This document shows, in pieces, positions 60,764-64,000 of a stretch of 64,000 nucleotides of DNA (its first letter is position 1; each line of letters begins with the position of its first letter). The position numbers were made by a program, and so were the translations under genes. Source of the DNA: an uncultured Syntrophobacteraceae bacterium (GTDB taxonomy: Bacteria; Desulfobacterota; Syntrophobacteria; Syntrophobacterales; Syntrophobacteraceae); the NCBI GenBank assembly GCA_964654275.1, contig CAZZHS010000003.1, forward strand, positions 95,688 to 159,687. Direction: 5' to 3'. The notes beneath the pieces were generated by a model. The model made no database searches. It was not told the origin of the DNA and saw nothing but the letters and a program-made list of their open reading frames with translations.

Positions 60764-62488
60764 TTATTCAAGAGCTTGAATTCTCTCCATAATTTTCTGA
60801 GGTTCGGTGTGCTTAAACCTTAGAGCATCCCGGTAGGCATTCAATGCCTTCTTCTTATTGCCGAGACGCTCGTAGATATTGCCCAGATGCTCATGGATGA
60901 CCGGGTCGTCGGGAACTTGTTTGAGTGCCCTGAGAATGATCTCCAAAGCCTTGTCATAATCACCCAGCCTGTAATAGACCCACGCGAGACTGTCCATAAT
61001 ATAACCGTCGTCCGGCTGAAGTTCCAGCGCGGCCTCGATCAACCGTTTCGCTTCCATCAGCCTGATGCCTTGCTCCGCATAGGTGTAGCCCACATAATTG
61101 AGGGCGTTCGCATTCTGTGGATCGAGTTCGATGAGGGTCTCCATAACCGAAAGGGCTTCGGCCTTGCGGTTCATTTTATCCAGGAGGAGACCTTTTCTGA
61201 AAAGGAGCTCGACGCTCTCATCAGTCGACTCGAGGCCTCTGTCCAGGGCTATGAGGGCGGCTTCATGGTCTCCCGCATCCTCGTGGATGATGGCCAGATA
61301 GAGAAAAAACTCCGTGGATTCAGGCTGTTGTTGCAGGGATTGCTCCAGGAGCCTGACCGCGCCCGCGTGATCCTGGTTCTTGGCCATGATCAGGGCGATT
61401 CGAATCTGCGCAGCGCTCCAGAGAGGACTCTCAAAGGGAATGGTGTTGAAACTGCGGGCTGCAGCCGACAAATCGCCCTGCTCCTCATAGGCGACTCCCA
61501 GATAATACAGCCCCTGGTCATAAGGCGGGACCTCGACGAGAAAGGGTGACAGAGCCTCCACCGCGGCATCGTAATTTTTTTGCTGCAGATGGATGATCCC
61601 GATTTTCAGGCGACTTTCGTTGTCCTTTTCGTCGAACTCCAGCAGTTTCTTGAACTGCCTGAGAGCCTGCTCCTGATTGTTTTGCCTCATGTAAAGGTTG
61701 CCGAGGCGGATGCGAGCCTGAGTGCTGGTCTCATTGAATTCCAATATGTACAGATATGCCTTTTCGGCATCGCGGGCGCGCTCCGTGACTTCATAGATGT
61801 AGGCCAGGTCCAGGATCGCGCTCTCAAAGGTGGGATCTGCCGCGAGGATCTCCCTGTAGACCGATTCAGCCTGATCATAAAACTTCATGTCCAAAAATAT
61901 TCGGGCTTTGTAATAGGTTGCCAGGGGATTTTCGGGCAGCAGGCCTTTCAGCTGATCAAATGCCTTCACCGCTTCGGCGAATCGACCCTCCTGCGCATAC
62001 AGGGCTCCGAGCAGAAGATAGGCGTCTTCATTGGACGGGTTGATCTCGATCGCCCGTTTGTAGGCCGCGATGGACTTCGCATTTTGCCCCAGCCCTGCGT
62101 AGAGTTGCCCCAGCAGCATGTAGCCGGTCTCGTGGAGCGGATCGATCAGCACGGCCTTTTCCACCATTTGCAGGGCTGTTTCCACCTGCCCCTGCCTGAG
62201 ATAGAGTGCGGCCGCTTCCGTCAGGAGCACGGGGGAGTTCGGATCTTTGGACAATGCGGCATCGTAGGACTGAACCGCCCCCGCCATGTCCTTGGATTGC
62301 AGGTGATGTTGGGCCTTGAGGTAATCGTAATAGAGGTCGGCGCGTGCAAGGGATTCCCGGGGCAGGACCAGGTGGGCCGAGTGGTCTACGGGATTTAGAA
62401 CCGTATTCATGTGAGAACACCCCATGAATAAAACACCCGGGAACAGCAGCCAAAAGAGTCGGCTCAAACGCGCGATGTTCATGACCAT
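60764..62488 (-). CDS. Tetratricopeptide repeat (TPR) lipoprotein
   Basis: 574 aa. N-terminal LFPGVLFMG-C lipobox. Many 34-aa TPR units with A/Y/L patterns (AIEINPSNEDAYLLLGALY, and similar). Confidence 0.8.
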   Translation of the reverse strand: MVMNIARLSRLFWLLFPGVLFMGCSHMNTVLNPVDHSAHLVLPRESLARADLYYDYLKAQHHLQSKDMAGAVQSYDAALSKDPNSPVLLTEAAALYLRQGQVETALQMVEKAVLIDPLHETGYMLLGQLYAGLGQNAKSIAAYKRAIEINPSNEDAYLLLGALYAQEGRFAEAVKAFDQLKGLLPENPLATYYKARIFLDMKFYDQAESVYREILAADPTFESAILDLAYIYEVTERARDAEKAYLYILEFNETSTQARIRLGNLYMRQNNQEQALRQFKKLLEFDEKDNESRLKIGIIHLQQKNYDAAVEALSPFLVEVPPYDQGLYYLGVAYEEQGDLSAAARSFNTIPFESPLWSAAQIRIALIMAKNQDHAGAVRLLEQSLQQQPESTEFFLYLAIIHEDAGDHEAALIALDRGLESTDESVELLFRKGLLLDKMNRKAEALSVMETLIELDPQNANALNYVGYTYAEQGIRLMEAKRLIEAALELQPDDGYIMDSLAWVYYRLGDYDKALEIILRALKQVPDDPVIHEHLGNIYERLGNKKKALNAYRDALRFKHTEPQKIMERIQALE

Positions 62489-62843
62489 CCTTGTGTCGAC
62501 AACATTTGAACTTTATTGAGAAATTAATGGGATGGAGCTCACTTGACCCGGCCCGGCCCATGGGGCGGACCGCGTGCCGCTCAATCTAAAAACAGGGACC
62601 CCTTCTGGAATCCCTGAATCACCTCTGAGTACCGACCCTGCATGTCGGCGATGTCCACGGGACCTCATCCGAGGTACTGATCTCCACCCACTTCATGGGT
62701 GTACATGCCTTGAGCTCAAAGAATCTGGATACTTTTCGGGACCGGACCGCTGCAGCGAGGGTGCGGAGCAGACCCCCAACAGATGTTAAGGCACCCTGAA
62801 TGCTCATCTATACCATGATTGTGCGATTTCAAAGACAAAAAGA

Positions 62844-63797
62844 TCACAAACACTCGGGTGGAAAGGCGACCACTTCATCGAGCGAAGCGGAATCGGTCAG
62901 GATCATGACCAGTCGATCCAAGCCCAACGCAATGCCCGCGCAGGGCTTCAAATGATCCAGACTATGGAGAAAGGCCTCAGGGAGGGGATACACAGGCAGC
63001 CCCGCCGCCTCGCGTGCTTTCAAAACGATTTCGAAACGGCGCCGCTGCTCTCCGGGGTCCGTCAATTCCGAGAAGCCGTTGGCCAACTCTATCCCGGCCC
63101 AGTAAAGTTCAAATCTTTCAGCCACTGCAGGATCGTGTGGGCATGTGCGTGCCAGAGCGGCCTGCTGTGACGGGTAATGGGTGAGAAAGCACGGAGCGGG
63201 AAAGCCCAGGCAGGGTTCGACCTTGAGAACGAGGTCCTCTTCGAACCGCTCCGCGTCCCAATCTTCGACCGGATCCCAAAGAGCGCGCGAACGAAATGCT
63301 TGCGAAACTGTGAACTCCTCCCAGGGGGCCGTCACATCCAGCCGATTTCCTCTGAACTCCCACCCGGCATCGCGGTGAGTGTTTCGGCAAACCGCTTCGA
63401 GCAACCCGCGGCAATCCCGCTGCAACGCCGTGTAGTCCTGGTGAAGCCGATACCATTCCAGCAGGGTGAATTCCGGGTGATGCAAACGGCCGCGTTCCGC
63501 CCTCCGGAAAACACGGCAAATCTGATAGATTTTCTCATAGCCCGCCGCCAGCAGCCGCTTCATGTGGAGTTCCGGACTGGTGATGAGGCACCCCGATTCC
63601 TGGAGGGGAATGGGTTCGATGTGGGACTCGGGAGCAGGGGCCGCGGTGACGGCGGGTGTTTGAACCTCGAGAAACCCTTGTTCCTCAAAAAAAGATCGGA
63701 CAGCCCGGAAGACAGCAGCGCGCAGATTCAGGCTGGGGCGCTTTCCTGCCAGGGTGGACTGCTCGGGAACACGAATTTCATTTGACTCGTTCAACAT
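62844..63797 (-). CDS. epmA: Elongation factor P--(R)-beta-lysine ligase (EpmA/PoxA/GenX)
   Basis: Truncated class II LysRS-like protein. [49 protein letters not shown] and [11 protein letters not shown]. Start at the ATG at 63797, which overlaps the efp 3' end. Confidence 0.8.
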   Translation of the reverse strand: MLNESNEIRVPEQSTLAGKRPSLNLRAAVFRAVRSFFEEQGFLEVQTPAVTAAPAPESHIEPIPLQESGCLITSPELHMKRLLAAGYEKIYQICRVFRRAERGRLHHPEFTLLEWYRLHQDYTALQRDCRGLLEAVCRNTHRDAGWEFRGNRLDVTAPWEEFTVSQAFRSRALWDPVEDWDAERFEEDLVLKVEPCLGFPAPCFLTHYPSQQAALARTCPHDPAVAERFELYWAGIELANGFSELTDPGEQRRRFEIVLKAREAAGLPVYPLPEAFLHSLDHLKPCAGIALGLDRLVMILTDSASLDEVVAFPPECL

Positions 63798-64000
63798 AGG
63801 CCCCGGTGCGTGTGTCGATTTTGAGGACTTCCCCCTGCTCGATGAACAACGGCACCTGAATGACGAAACCCGTTTCCAGCGTTGCAGGTTTGGTGGCCCC
63901 CGCTGCGGTGTCGCCCTTGATGCCAGGGTCCGACTGGACCACCTGAAGGTTGACAAAATTCGGCAGATTGATGCCGATGGGACGCCCCTGAAAGAGGAGC
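63778..64000 (-). CDS. efp: Elongation factor P, C-terminal part (gene runs off the window)
   Basis: My own minus-strand translation gives ...[73 protein letters not shown]. This is the EF-P domain III consensus. It is absent from the ORF track because the start lies outside the window. Confidence 0.85.
   Translation of the reverse strand, partial: LLFQGRPIGINLPNFVNLQVVQSDPGIKGDTAAGATKPATLETGFVIQVPLFIEQGEVLKIDTRTGAYVERVK

Overview
This is a GC-rich chromosomal segment. Its gene content suggests a Desulfobacterota/deltaproteobacterium-like anaerobe, but that is inference only. I can support about 58 protein genes. I found no rRNA, tRNA, CRISPR array, transposase or phage gene.

Left third (1-23 kb):
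- A minus-strand chemosensory-like cluster sits behind two sigma54-type promoters. Its order is lipoprotein, REC-SHOCT regulator, sensorless histidine kinase, unknown protein, cheR-cheD-cheB.
- It is divergent from flaG plus an AsnB-family amidotransferase.
- Next comes the late flagellar filament locus: a 701-aa fliC with an internal duplication, fliD, fliS and a FliT/FlgN-like ORF, preceded by csrA-fliW.
- After that, two HDOD proteins flank a J-domain membrane protein with three tandem repeats, followed by a PAS hybrid kinase.

Middle (23-37 kb):
- A small unknown ORF plus a DUF3419/BtaA-like protein, then aroC and clpS-clpA-aat.
- A COG2403 P-loop protein, a beta-hydroxyacid dehydrogenase and carbamate kinase.
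- A hybrid kinase with an HD-GYP regulator, and a LOR/SDH-family enzyme.

Right (35-64 kb):
- About 20 kb of co-directional housekeeping genes: xerC-hslVU-argBDFGH-lipoprotein-lysA-dapFABL-folK-tal-SLT-pgsA.
- An EF-G paralog and mogA.
- A TPR / LolB-like / Mut7-C operon, epmA and the 3' end of efp.

I did not find a clear-cut new system. The best candidates for follow-up are:
- the sigma54-driven cluster that has no CheA or CheW in this window;
- the J-domain/HDOD trio;
- the COG2403 / dehydrogenase / carbamate kinase trio;
- the large FN3-like lipoprotein in the conserved LptM/LppL slot.

Several 350-490 nt non-coding gaps also remain unexplained. All family calls come from motifs read by eye. 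No searches were run.
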